Positions 1-8,417 of a stretch of DNA of 20,000 nucleotides are shown piece by piece. A program made the translations under genes and the position numbers. Within the stretch, counting starts at the first letter, position 1. Each line of letters starts with the position of its first letter. The DNA comes from an uncultured virus (IMG/VR IMGVR_UViG_3300040816_000784) (taxonomy: Duplodnaviria > Heunggongvirae > Uroviricota > Caudoviricetes). The stretch is taken from IMG/VR virus record IMGVR_UViG_3300040816_000784, one strand, 5' to 3'. Below the pieces are notes generated by a model. The model ran no database searches. It saw only the letters and a program-made list of their open reading frames with translations, and was not told where the DNA came from.

Positions 1-21
1 TTGTTGTAAATGCATTGTCAT
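1..21 (-). CDS. Probable 5' end of a downstream gene (MTMHLQQ...), truncated by the window edge
   Basis: ATG 2 nt after the stop of the 24..764 ORF, in the same tightly packed style; only 7 codons are visible. Confidence 0.35.
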
Positions 22-23
22 AA

Positions 24-764
24 TTATATTATAACTCCTAACTTTGCTTTTGTCAACAATTCTTTTTCGCTTTTATACTCTCCAACTAAGTAATCGCCAG
101 CCATAACATCACTTAGAGATAAATGGCCTTCATTTGTAGTACCGTCTTCTAATATAGCACCAGCATGTTGGTTAGTAATTTTAAGTGTACCATTAAGTAT
201 GTCCTCACTAGGAACAAGATACATGTTTACTTGATCTCTACAAACTAGCACACAAAGAATATAATCAAACTCTTTTGCTTTTGTTTGTTGAAAACTGCCA
301 TTACCACTTTGCGAAATATCTGCAAATGATAATGCACGTTCTTCAAGTAGGCTAGGAATAGCCTGATACTTCTTGCCTTTATTTTTAGGCTTACCACTGG
401 CCGCCCTTATAACTTTGATTTCTACTTTAAGCATATCATTGCCTTTCTCAAGTAGTCTATCAAAGTTAGTAGCCTTACAGTTGTTTGCTTTGTAAAACTC
501 CTCGTAGATAACTTTGGTTTGTTTGGTCTTAGTCAAGATATCAATAAACTTATCTTCAACTATTTCTTCAACAGTTTCACCAATACCTGTACCGTAATTA
601 GCATACAAGTTGTAAAAAGGAAAGTCTGCTGTTTTTATAGACTCGATAACTTTGTCTAGCAGTTGAGGACTATGTTTAAGTGCCTCAAAGAAGTCTAGTG
701 TATCACCAGCAGTATCCTCAGACCTTTCAAAACCAATTGCTTCTAAAACATGTTTATCTAACAT
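24..764 (-). CDS. PD-(D/E)xK restriction-endonuclease-like nuclease
   Basis: FD-x10-VEIK spacing (NFDRLLEKGNDMLKVEIKV) resembles the PD..(D/E)xK active site; followed by FQQTK..EFDYILCVLV as in type II REase-like proteins; TAATG-coupled to the upstream gene. Confidence 0.55.
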   Translation of the reverse strand: MLDKHVLEAIGFERSEDTAGDTLDFFEALKHSPQLLDKVIESIKTADFPFYNLYANYGTGIGETVEEIVEDKFIDILTKTKQTKVIYEEFYKANNCKATNFDRLLEKGNDMLKVEIKVIRAASGKPKNKGKKYQAIPSLLEERALSFADISQSGNGSFQQTKAKEFDYILCVLVCRDQVNMYLVPSEDILNGTLKITNQHAGAILEDGTTNEGHLSLSDVMAGDYLVGEYKSEKELLTKAKLGVII

Positions 765-1126
765 TATTTGACCACCGTTCTTAAAACTTCAACTATTACT
801 TTACCGTATTTGGCAAACCACCCTTGATCTTCTGCCATTGCTAGTTCAGGCATCAGCATAAGTGCTGTTTCTGTGCCTAAGAATGCATTACCAATTAGTA
901 AAAAGCCTGCACTTGATACTAGTAGGTACATGTGATCGTTATCTCTGAAACTGTGAATTATAATCAACAAGGTTCCAAAAATCATTGATAGGTATGCAAA
1001 TATTTCCATGTCAGGATTGCTTTTACCTAGTGCAACGGTCATTCCAATAAACAAACTGGAACAACCGATTATCTTCAAAGTGGTTTGAACAACACTATGA
1101 ATTTTTTGCTTTTGCTTCTTAGTCAT
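764..1126 (-). CDS. Small multi-pass membrane protein, unknown function
   Basis: About 3 hydrophobic segments; AAGGA SD upstream. Confidence 0.7.
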   Translation of the reverse strand: MTKKQKQKIHSVVQTTLKIIGCSSLFIGMTVALGKSNPDMEIFAYLSMIFGTLLIIIHSFRDNDHMYLLVSSAGFLLIGNAFLGTETALMLMPELAMAEDQGWFAKYGKVIVEVLRTVVK

Positions 1127-1132
1127 TATTCC

Positions 1133-1648
1133 TTATTGGATAATGCCGTTAGACAGTTCGTATTGGATAGCAATACTGTTAAACAAGTTATAGTACTCGT
1201 CATCACTGTTTGGTCTGTGTTCTGAACCATAAAGGTCAGCATCAACAAAGTTCCAATTCACTGAACCGTCTTTGTTAGTGTTTTCGTCTGAACTGACTGC
1301 TCTGTTAAATGCTCTAGCAAACTCGCTATCAAAAGTAACACCAGGTCTGTAAGCGGCACCTTTACCAAAGAAACCCATTTTTTCTAATGCATGACCAACT
1401 GAGTTGAGTGAAAACTTACCACTGTCTCCATCAGCATCACCTAAAGTGATTTGCATTGGATCATCAATAATATAGAACTTGTCTTCACCAAGTTCACCAA
1501 AGTTCTTAGACACATAGTCTTCTACAAACTTTTTACCCTTTTCAAATGCTTCAGCATCATTAGTTCTGTATTGCATATCGTACATTTCCATACCTTTCTG
1601 CAACATTGTTGGCTCTTGTTGTTCGCCTAAAATTCTAACATTTAACAT
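1133..1648 (-). CDS. Phage early hypothetical protein
   Basis: 171 aa ORF with TAGGAG SD and its own sigma70-type promoter. Confidence 0.7.
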   Translation of the reverse strand: MLNVRILGEQQEPTMLQKGMEMYDMQYRTNDAEAFEKGKKFVEDYVSKNFGELGEDKFYIIDDPMQITLGDADGDSGKFSLNSVGHALEKMGFFGKGAAYRPGVTFDSEFARAFNRAVSSDENTNKDGSVNWNFVDADLYGSEHRPNSDDEYYNLFNSIAIQYELSNGIIQ

Positions 1649-1683
1649 AAAAAACTCCTACTGTTTTATTAAATTATGTATAT

Positions 1684-1719
1684 ATTATAGCAAAAAAGGC
1701 CGAACGAGTCAACCTTTTT
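1684..1719 (-). promoter_or_regulatory. Sigma70-type early promoter
   Basis: AAAAAGG-TTGACT-N17-TATAAT on the minus strand. Confidence 0.85.
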
Positions 1720-1740
1720 GCCACTTTTTTTGGTATTTTT

Positions 1741-1941
1741 TTACGATTTTTTGCTATTAAGTAGTCTCAAATCACCCATTGTATAGGCTACAAACAATAA
1801 TATGGGTGTGAAAGCCAATGCAATTTGAGTGTTTTTAGACACATCTAGCATACTGATTAGGTAGTTATATCCATACACTACTGCAAACATAGTGAACAAA
1901 ATACCCAGTCCAATTGAGGTTTTTTTGATAATATCTAACAT
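1741..1941 (-). CDS. Small two-TM membrane protein
   Basis: 66 aa, two hydrophobic helices, CAGGAG SD, own promoter. Confidence 0.7.
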   Translation of the reverse strand: MLDIIKKTSIGLGILFTMFAVVYGYNYLISMLDVSKNTQIALAFTPILLFVAYTMGDLRLLNSKKS

Positions 1942-1976
1942 AAATTTACTCCTGTTATGTGTTTAATTACTCTATT

Positions 1977-2012
1977 ATAGTACTACATCTAGTATGTAAG
2001 GTCAACCTTTTT
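1977..2012 (-). promoter_or_regulatory. Sigma70-type early promoter
   Basis: AAAAAGG-TTGACC-N17-TACTAT. Confidence 0.75.
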
Positions 2013-2026
2013 CACAATATATAGTC

Positions 2027-2054
2027 AAAAAAATACCCTCCGAAGAGGGTATTT
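2027..2054 (-). terminator. Rho-independent terminator with C(UUCG)G tetraloop
   Basis: Minus strand AAATACCCTC-TTCG-GAGGGTATTT-TTTT downstream of the porin-like gene; UUCG loops are typical of T4-like phage terminators. Confidence 0.9.
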
Positions 2055-2077
2055 AAACTCATAATCGGGGTGTCGAT

Positions 2078-2686
2078 TTAGAATTTGTATGAGTAGCCAA
2101 CATAAAAGTTGTCAACGTCTTGTACCTTATCTAAAAGGTCTTCGTCGTTGTTATCGTGATCGATAAAACCAACTTTTACTGAACCACCCGCTAAGTCAAA
2201 AGACTTAGATACTTCAATGTAAGAACCTGCATTGTCCCAGTCGCCATAGGCAACGTCAACAACTTTTAATGCACTTGTTTCTACTAAGTAGAAATCACCT
2301 GCATCGTCAAGTCCTTTAGCATAGTATACGCCAAATAGATCAAAGTTTGCTGAAACGCCCACTTCTTCCCATCCGTCAATGTCAATACCTTGGTAGCCAC
2401 GGTCAACGTATGCAACGTTTAAATCAACGCCACCTAAGTCAAAACCATAACCAACCATAGTAGTTGTCATTAAATCTGAAGTTTCATTCAAAGACATAAC
2501 TTTTGCACCAGCAAAGATACCATTATCAAGACTTACTAAGCCTTGTGCTGAATATCCAATACCGTCACTCATAGTTACACCTCTGAAGATATTATCAGAT
2601 GCGATACCAACTTTACCACTAATATCAGCGGCAAATGTTGGAGTCGATAGCATAATTGCTACCATAAATGTGAATATACCTTTCAT
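2078..2686 (-). CDS. Outer-membrane beta-barrel protein, TorF/TIGR02001-like putative porin
   Basis: Sec signal peptide (ending ..TFA-A), N-terminal ISG.VGIASDNIFRGVTMSDG motif, alternating beta strands, C-terminal YVGYSYKF beta-signal, strong AGGAGG SD. Confidence 0.8.
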   Translation of the reverse strand: MKGIFTFMVAIMLSTPTFAADISGKVGIASDNIFRGVTMSDGIGYSAQGLVSLDNGIFAGAKVMSLNETSDLMTTTMVGYGFDLGGVDLNVAYVDRGYQGIDIDGWEEVGVSANFDLFGVYYAKGLDDAGDFYLVETSALKVVDVAYGDWDNAGSYIEVSKSFDLAGGSVKVGFIDHDNNDEDLLDKVQDVDNFYVGYSYKF

Positions 2687-2762
2687 ATATTCCTCCTTTC
2701 TTATATACGTTACTGAATTTTAAAGACGACTAAGGCCGGCCTTTTGCGACAGTAACTATTCT

Positions 2763-2799
2763 ATTTTACTAAAAATTGACTCTAAGGTCAACCTTTTTT
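2763..2799 (-). promoter_or_regulatory. Sigma70-type early promoter for the porin-like gene
   Basis: AAAAAAGG-TTGACC-N17-TAAAAT. Confidence 0.8.
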
Positions 2800-2839
2800 T
2801 GGGAGTATTTTGAATCTTTTTTTGATATTATAAGACTTT

Positions 2840-2856
2840 TATTTATCAATAGTTTG
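2840..2856. promoter_or_regulatory. IHF-consensus match overlapping a late-promoter-like GATAAATA
   Basis: TATCAA-TAGT-TTG (2844-2856) fits WATCAANNNNTTR; GATAAATA lies on the minus strand at 2840-2847. Confidence 0.4.
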
Positions 2857-2889
2857 TGCGATTTTTATGCAGACTCTTTAGACGATCCA

Positions 2890-2919
2890 AAAAAAAGCAC
2901 CCTTAAGGGTGCTTTTTTT
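2890..2919. terminator. Palindromic (bidirectional) intrinsic terminator
   Basis: Perfect 30-bp palindrome A7-GCACCCTTAAGGGTGC-T7 just after the 2934..3197 gene. Confidence 0.9.
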
Positions 2920-2933
2920 CTAACAGTTAGTTG

Positions 2934-3197
2934 TTACACTAAGCCGTTTGCCATTGCTTTATAACCAGCGGCAATAACAGCTCTCGAAGGTGTACCTAAA
3001 CGGTATACATTTCTGCTTCTGTTTTTAGTGTCGGTCACTGTGTTCAAATAGATAGGATATCCTTTGAATCTTAGTGATTGAATCACTGCTTGTGGGTTAC
3101 CAGCACCGAAAAAACTTCTGATTTGTGCTGAAGATAAAGTTCTGCCTTCTTGTAAAGCGGCTAAAACTTTGCTTTCTTTAGTTGTTGATGTAGTCAT
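2934..3197 (-). CDS. Small winged-helix/HTH DNA-binding protein
   Basis: VLAALQEGRTLSSAQIRSFFG..NPQAVIQSLR..GY.I...YRLG pattern; AGGAGG SD; own promoter and terminator. Confidence 0.7.
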   Translation of the reverse strand: MTTSTTKESKVLAALQEGRTLSSAQIRSFFGAGNPQAVIQSLRFKGYPIYLNTVTDTKNRSRNVYRLGTPSRAVIAAGYKAMANGLV

Positions 3198-3254
3198 ATG
3201 ACCTCCTAATTTTCAACTTTTTGGTTAGAACACCCTTGCTCTAACTTGTATACT

Positions 3255-3289
3255 ATTATACACATTTTATACACAAGGTCAACCTTTTT
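3255..3289 (-). promoter_or_regulatory. Sigma70-type early promoter
   Basis: AAAAAGG-TTGACC-N16-TATAAT. Confidence 0.75.
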
Positions 3290-3308
3290 ATGAATATTCC
3301 TATATCCA

Positions 3309-3740
3309 TCATCCTTTATATCTCTCTGCTAGGTACGTTTGGTGATGTTTCCAAACGCCTTTATCTATAAAACCCCATTCTCTTACATGGGGACCTGGAA
3401 TAAATAGAGTCCAAGTATCAACGCCAGGCTCCAACTCAATGCGGTGTAGGCTACGACTGCCTGCAAAACGACAGGAACCGGGCCTCCGCCATTTTCGTTC
3501 GCCAGTTTTAAGGTGCTCCCAATAGCCACCTTTAAGGATAATAGTGCAATAAGGCCAAGGATGGTCATGTAAATCATCTGGGTCTCCTTTGTGAAAGTTA
3601 TGTAAAAATATGTTGAAAGGGAACCACTTGCGTTCTTTTAAAAACAAGTAGTACCTAGTTAAATATGGTATGTTACTTTGTCTATCTAGTATTACCCTTT
3701 TTCGTCCAAGAGCATCTAAAAACTTTAGAAAAAGTGTCAT
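3309..3740 (-). CDS. Cupin-fold metal-binding protein
   Basis: LHDHPW...ILKGGY.E...HRIEL..WTLF..GP..REWGF; His-rich cupin motif common in phage proteins. Confidence 0.7.
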   Translation of the reverse strand: MTLFLKFLDALGRKRVILDRQSNIPYLTRYYLFLKERKWFPFNIFLHNFHKGDPDDLHDHPWPYCTIILKGGYWEHLKTGERKWRRPGSCRFAGSRSLHRIELEPGVDTWTLFIPGPHVREWGFIDKGVWKHHQTYLAERYKG

Positions 3741-3752
3741 ACTGTGTAATAC

Positions 3753-4190
3753 CTATTTGTTTGCTTCTGATACACGTTTGCGTAAACTACTACTACTAAA
3801 AGAATGATCTCTTCCATTGTATATAATTTTACTGCCACGTTGCTTGGCAATGTCTTTGCCAGTGAAGTCTTTTGTTTTATACTCGTCACCTAAGATACGA
3901 ACGTCTATTGGTAATGTGAGCAGTAAATCAATTAAATCTTGTTCTGTGTTGTAGATAACAATTTCATCTACATACTTTACTGCCGCTAGTTGTATTTGTC
4001 TTTCGACAATGCTCTGCACTGGTGCATTCTTTTCTGGACGGTCTAATGTAGGGTCGTTTTGTAATCCTACTATTAAAAAGTCACAATGTCGTTTGGCTTC
4101 TTCTAACATTGTAACATGTCCTGCATGTAGCAAATCAAATGTGCTACATGTAAATCCTATTTTACCGCAATCTTTATAATGTAGTCTCAT
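3753..4190 (-). CDS. Cytidylyltransferase, glycerol-3-phosphate cytidylyltransferase (TagD)-like
   Basis: TFDLLHAGH (HxGH), LIVGLQ.DP, YVDE, GDEY, R.H.FSSS.LR. Confidence 0.85.
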   Translation of the reverse strand: MRLHYKDCGKIGFTCSTFDLLHAGHVTMLEEAKRHCDFLIVGLQNDPTLDRPEKNAPVQSIVERQIQLAAVKYVDEIVIYNTEQDLIDLLLTLPIDVRILGDEYKTKDFTGKDIAKQRGSKIIYNGRDHSFSSSSLRKRVSEANK

Positions 4191-4368
4191 CTCTTATAAC
4201 CGGTCGTTTACAGTAATCTAATTTACCTGCCTGTGTTTCATGTGGTATAAAATCAGCATTCTTTATAACTCGCCTAAGTTCTTTATCTAACTTTCTACCA
4301 TCGTTTAGTAGTTCATTACTGTAAGGTAATTCTACAGTAATAGTTGCTCTAATTATTTTATCTGCCAT
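4174..4368 (-). CDS. Hypothetical protein
   Basis: TAATG-coupled within the operon. Confidence 0.6.
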   Translation of the reverse strand: MADKIIRATITVELPYSNELLNDGRKLDKELRRVIKNADFIPHETQAGKLDYCKRPVIRDETTL

Positions 4369-4808
4369 TATGAATAATCTTGTAACATTTTCCTTATTTC
4401 TAATGCGTGTTGTTCTTCCATGCCAATTTGCCCTCTTGCATATTCTTCAAGCATAATACTTGCATCAGCAACTTCCATTAGTAGTTCTTTGTATGTCTCT
4501 ACTGCTTTCATTTCGTGTTCTAAACTCTCAGTGAGAATTTGTTCAACACTATGATTGTGATTTTCTTCAATAGCAGATATATTTTGACTTGGGTGTCCAC
4601 CAAAGCCTGTGATGTACTCACCTGCTTGTAAGGCATGTGCTAAACTTTCGTTTGCCTGTTCCTGTAAAAATGTCACAATAGGAATCCTATTGGGTCCAGT
4701 AACCATCAGTGAACTGTGAGCATATCTAACTACTCCAGCCATTTCTAATTCCACAATTCTGTTAAGTATATCGCATACTTTGGATGTGTTTAATTCTTTC
4801 AATTCCAT
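4368..4808 (-). CDS. Ferritin-like (bacterioferritin-related) protein
   Basis: Four-helix pattern LNRIVELE...Y...ESLAHA...LEHE...Y...EEQH; the canonical Bfr heme Met appears to be Leu. Confidence 0.85.
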   Translation of the reverse strand: MELKELNTSKVCDILNRIVELEMAGVVRYAHSSLMVTGPNRIPIVTFLQEQANESLAHALQAGEYITGFGGHPSQNISAIEENHNHSVEQILTESLEHEMKAVETYKELLMEVADASIMLEEYARGQIGMEEQHALEIRKMLQDYS

Positions 4809-4814
4809 ATGTCC

Positions 4815-5264
4815 TTATTTTCCTGGTAAGCCTGCTTCTATAAACTTACCGATTGTTTCCATATCTTGGTCACTGAGCATTCCTGCCTGTGCCCACATAG
4901 TGCTACTCATAGCACCTACTTGTCCTCTGTTCTTGTAAGTGTTAAGTCTACCTACAATATAGTCTGAACTCTGTCCTGCTAGTTTAGGGAATGGTCCCAT
5001 ACCTTCACCTGCTTGTCCATGACATGCGGCACAACCTGCCCATAAACTTCTAATACTGCTGAACTCATCTGCGTTAGCAAGTTCTTTTTTACGTTGTTCT
5101 ATTTCAACAACTGTGCCGTTAAGTGCTACATACTCTTCGTAGCATTCTCCTGTACAGGCACCCGAACTGGAAAAACCCGTGTATTCTAAATCTGGGTATA
5201 CTTTAAATCCAAAGAACACCGCTATTGCTAGTGTTCCTAATAATGCCATTCCTAATTCTTTCAT
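4815..5264 (-). CDS. Membrane-anchored class I cytochrome c (c553/c4-like domain)
   Basis: N-terminal TM helix, CAACH heme motif, G.G...P.LAGQ..DYI..L..YK, distal Met region MSSTMW. Confidence 0.9.
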   Translation of the reverse strand: MKELGMALLGTLAIAVFFGFKVYPDLEYTGFSSSGACTGECYEEYVALNGTVVEIEQRKKELANADEFSSIRSLWAGCAACHGQAGEGMGPFPKLAGQSSDYIVGRLNTYKNRGQVGAMSSTMWAQAGMLSDQDMETIGKFIEAGLPGK

Positions 5265-6043
5265 TACTCTCCGTTGTAATACTCAAGACGTTCTATATCG
5301 TCTTCAGTGGTTTCTTCACCATATTGTATTTCTATAATATGACATGGTTGATCACTTTCATTTATTACTTGATGCCAGTCACCTTTTTTAATATGAATAA
5401 CTTCATCAGTCTTTAAAGTAGTCATTATAAAATCGTTTGGATTGTTTGTGTCTAGTCCATGTTTTATATAACACTCACCTTTACTAACAAACCACATTTC
5501 ACTACGTTTAAAGTGTCTTTGGTAACTGATACCTTTACCTGGTTCTATTACCAATTCTTTAACTTTAACTGCTGAGTCTTGAAACAAGTCACTGAACTCG
5601 CCCCACACTCTACGTTCTGTTGGGTACTTCCATTCTTTGAGTATCCAACTACTGCTATTGGCTTTGTTATCGCCACCAACAGCAAATTCAAACTCATAAC
5701 CCTCAACATCCATTTCTGGTATGTTGTCTTTACCTCTGTCGCCGCCATTACAAAATACATATTTGTGTTGATGACCAAATGCATTTCTAACTTGTATGAG
5801 ACCGTGTGTTACACTGCCATCACTGTCATCAACAGCATACACATTGTCTACCATATCCATGCGTTGAATTATAATTGAGCGTTCTTCAAAAGGCATAAAA
5901 GGTCTGCCCTTCTTTCTAGTGAGCCATTCGTCACTGTTTACCAGTACAACAAGTTTGTCACCATATGCTTTTGCACTTTCTAATAGATTTATATGACCAG
6001 AGTGCAGTGGATCGAAACCTCCACTAACAACAACTATTTTCAT
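5264..6043 (-). CDS. Fused cytidylyl/adenylyltransferase + mannose-6-phosphate isomerase type II-like cupin
   Basis: SGGFDPLHSGH, NSD.WL.RKKG.PF, NGGDR, then R.WG...VKELVI.PG..IS.QRH..RSE.W...H...IIEIQYG....EDDIER. Confidence 0.85.
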   Translation of the reverse strand: MKIVVVSGGFDPLHSGHINLLESAKAYGDKLVVLVNSDEWLTRKKGRPFMPFEERSIIIQRMDMVDNVYAVDDSDGSVTHGLIQVRNAFGHQHKYVFCNGGDRGKDNIPEMDVEGYEFEFAVGGDNKANSSSWILKEWKYPTERRVWGEFSDLFQDSAVKVKELVIEPGKGISYQRHFKRSEMWFVSKGECYIKHGLDTNNPNDFIMTTLKTDEVIHIKKGDWHQVINESDQPCHIIEIQYGEETTEDDIERLEYYNGE

Positions 6044-6462
6044 TATGCTACACCGCGTGAGCGAAGCCTTCTTTGTATAGCCTCTTTGTATTGAGCATGT
6101 TTACGTTTCTTACGTTTACACTTCATCCACTTAGTACCAGTTGACTGATACATGTGAAAGTCTCCACGTTGCTCTGCATCTCTAACGTATTTGCTCCAAC
6201 GTTTTTTTGCTTGGTCCTTCATACGTTTACGTTTAACTGAAGGCTTTTCGTAATATTGCTGTTTAGCAATTTCTTTTTGGAAATCAGATTTTTCTAATCT
6301 CTTCTTGAGAATTCTAATGGCTTTATTTACATCACCATTTCGAACTTCAATACTGGCATCAAATTCTTTTTCTTTAGGTTTAGTTTTATCGAACTTTTTC
6401 TTAAAGTCTCTATTGTAACCCTTAGTAATTTGCTTACCTTGTTGTTTAAAATTTGTACTCAA
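6043..6462 (-). CDS. rpsU: Ribosomal protein bS21 with basic N- and C-terminal extensions
   Basis: Core IEVRNGDVNKAIRILKKRLEK....KE....QYYEKPSVKRKR; TTG start 3 nt after the clpX stop; 139 aa versus about 55-75 aa for typical bS21. Confidence 0.85.
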   Translation of the reverse strand: MSTNFKQQGKQITKGYNRDFKKKFDKTKPKEKEFDASIEVRNGDVNKAIRILKKRLEKSDFQKEIAKQQYYEKPSVKRKRMKDQAKKRWSKYVRDAEQRGDFHMYQSTGTKWMKCKRKKRKHAQYKEAIQRRLRSRGVA

Positions 6463-6465
6463 TGT

Positions 6466-7716
6466 TTACCTCATTTGTTTAAGTTTATAGTTTGTGTCTA
6501 CTTCACTAATACCAGTATTATACGATAAAACTGGATAAGAGTCAAGATCTTTTGGATATTTATTAAAACTTATTTTATCTACACCACTTTGTTTAAGTTT
6601 TGGTGCCCTAAACATAATGTTATGTAAACTAGATTCTATAATGCTTTTCAACCCTCTAGCACCTACTTTTCTATCAATAGCCAATTGTGCTACATCCTTT
6701 AAGTATTGCTTTGAGAAGTCTACATCTATATCATCAAATTCTAATAATTTTTGCATTTGTTTAAGTACACTACCTTTTGAGTTTTCTAATACTTCTACCA
6801 TTTGATCTTCAGTTAAACCTCTGAGATGTATTAAGTTTGGTAGTCTACCTACAAATTCTGGAATCAAACCAAATTCAATTAAGTCTCTATGTTCTACATA
6901 TTCTAACCATGAATCTGATTGGAATTTTTCGCCAATTGCTTTATTAAATCCTATTGACGTTTTGTTTAGTCTCTTTTTAACAACTTGGTCCAAACCAACA
7001 AATGAACCACTTACTACAAATAATACATTTTTTGTATTAAATTCTATAAATTCATCCATGCGTTTAGAACCATTAGTTGAAACTTTTATTGTAGTGCCTT
7101 CAACAAGTCTTAGTAATGCTTGTTGTACACCTTCTCCACTAATATCTTTTGTACTGGTATTTGATTCACTGCTTCTAGTCTTTTTATCAATCTCATCAAT
7201 AAAGACAATGCCTCTTTCTGCTAATTCTACATTCCAATCGCAAGTATTAAGTAACCTTTCTATAACACTTTCTACATCTTCACCTACATAACCTGCTTCA
7301 GTAAGTGTGGTTGCATCTGCTATAGCAAATGGTACACTTAGTTTCTTAGCAAGTGTTTGTGCTAATAATGTTTTACCTGAACCAGTAGGGCCTACCACAA
7401 CACAATTACTTTTTTCTATTTCATTTTGTGTGTCAAATATAATTCTTTTGTAATGATTGTAGGCACTGACACTTAAGACTTCTTTTGCATAGTCTTGGCC
7501 AATAACATAGTCATCTAAAAATTCTTTTATTTCTTGGGGTTCTGGTATGTTTTCCAAGTCGAGTTCATCAACTTCTACATCATTTATGATCTTATAACTG
7601 ATATTGATACACTCGTTACAAATGTAACTAGTTGGTCCTGCTATAAGTTTTTTTACTTCGTTTCGCTTTTTACCACAAAAACTACATTCAAGATTATTAT
7701 CTTTTTTGTCAGACAT
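6466..7716 (-). CDS. clpX: ATP-dependent Clp protease ATPase subunit ClpX
   Basis: CSFCGK..ICNEC Zn finger, GPTGSGKT, GYVGEDVE pore loop, IDEIDK, GEGVQQALL, IGF loop, PEFVGRLP, GARGL. Confidence 0.97.
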   Translation of the reverse strand: MSDKKDNNLECSFCGKKRNEVKKLIAGPTSYICNECINISYKIINDVEVDELDLENIPEPQEIKEFLDDYVIGQDYAKEVLSVSAYNHYKRIIFDTQNEIEKSNCVVVGPTGSGKTLLAQTLAKKLSVPFAIADATTLTEAGYVGEDVESVIERLLNTCDWNVELAERGIVFIDEIDKKTRSSESNTSTKDISGEGVQQALLRLVEGTTIKVSTNGSKRMDEFIEFNTKNVLFVVSGSFVGLDQVVKKRLNKTSIGFNKAIGEKFQSDSWLEYVEHRDLIEFGLIPEFVGRLPNLIHLRGLTEDQMVEVLENSKGSVLKQMQKLLEFDDIDVDFSKQYLKDVAQLAIDRKVGARGLKSIIESSLHNIMFRAPKLKQSGVDKISFNKYPKDLDSYPVLSYNTGISEVDTNYKLKQMR

Positions 7717-8417
7717 TACTTTTTAAAATACCTCGGTTCAGTGTCATCATTATCTTCATCCTTAGTTGGTAATGGTACTGCCCAAAAGCCCAACTGTTTA
7801 TTTAATTCTTCTTCGCTGTATTTTTGCAAAAGTTCGAATATTTCTTTTGCACTCAGGCCTTCTTTGTTAAGTTCACTGTTTGCAATAAATTGCGCCGAAC
7901 GTCTTAAATCTTTTGAAGATTCTTTTTCTACAACTTCTGGTTTTGTCTGTAGTTTATTTATAAGTTCTTGGTTGTGTGCTTTTAATTTTGCGATCTGATC
8001 TCTGTATAATTGCTCTTGATGGTTTGCCATAGGCATGACAACTTCTCTAACATTTTTGCTAGACTCTACTTCAACCTCAACAATCTTTTCTACTTCAACA
8101 ATCTTCTCGACTATTCTTTCGGGTCCTGGGACTTCGACAATTCGTTCCACGATTTGCTCGGGTCCTGGGACTTCAACAATACGCTCGGGTCCTGGGACTT
8201 CGACTTCGCGAGTGACCACGACCTCCTTTGGGACCTCGACCTTGCGTTCAACCTCGATAATTTTCTCGACCTCAACTTCTATCTCCTTTTCAACAATTAC
8301 TTCTTTAGGCTTTTTATCTAGTTGATCTAAGGCATCATTCAGAGATGATAATGTTTTACCATATCTGATCCAAAGATCATCTAGAGCTTCTTGAATTTTA
8401 TTTTCTTTTTGAGTCAT
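7716..8417 (-). CDS. Protein with VEVPGPERIVE/EKIVE repeats and coiled coil
   Basis: Low-complexity E/V/K/I repeats; overlaps both neighbours in the operon. Confidence 0.75.
   Translation of the reverse strand: MTQKENKIQEALDDLWIRYGKTLSSLNDALDQLDKKPKEVIVEKEIEVEVEKIIEVERKVEVPKEVVVTREVEVPGPERIVEVPGPEQIVERIVEVPGPERIVEKIVEVEKIVEVEVESSKNVREVVMPMANHQEQLYRDQIAKLKAHNQELINKLQTKPEVVEKESSKDLRRSAQFIANSELNKEGLSAKEIFELLQKYSEEELNKQLGFWAVPLPTKDEDNDDTEPRYFKK
8119..8201. repeat. Three copies of a 17-bp coding repeat
   Basis: TCGGGTCCTGGGACTTC at 8119, 8158 and 8185 (encodes EVPGPE on the minus strand). Confidence 0.9.

Noticed and set aside
8119..8201. 17-bp direct repeats as a mini CRISPR array
   Set aside because: In-frame coding repeats with 22- and 10-nt gaps; no cas genes or leader
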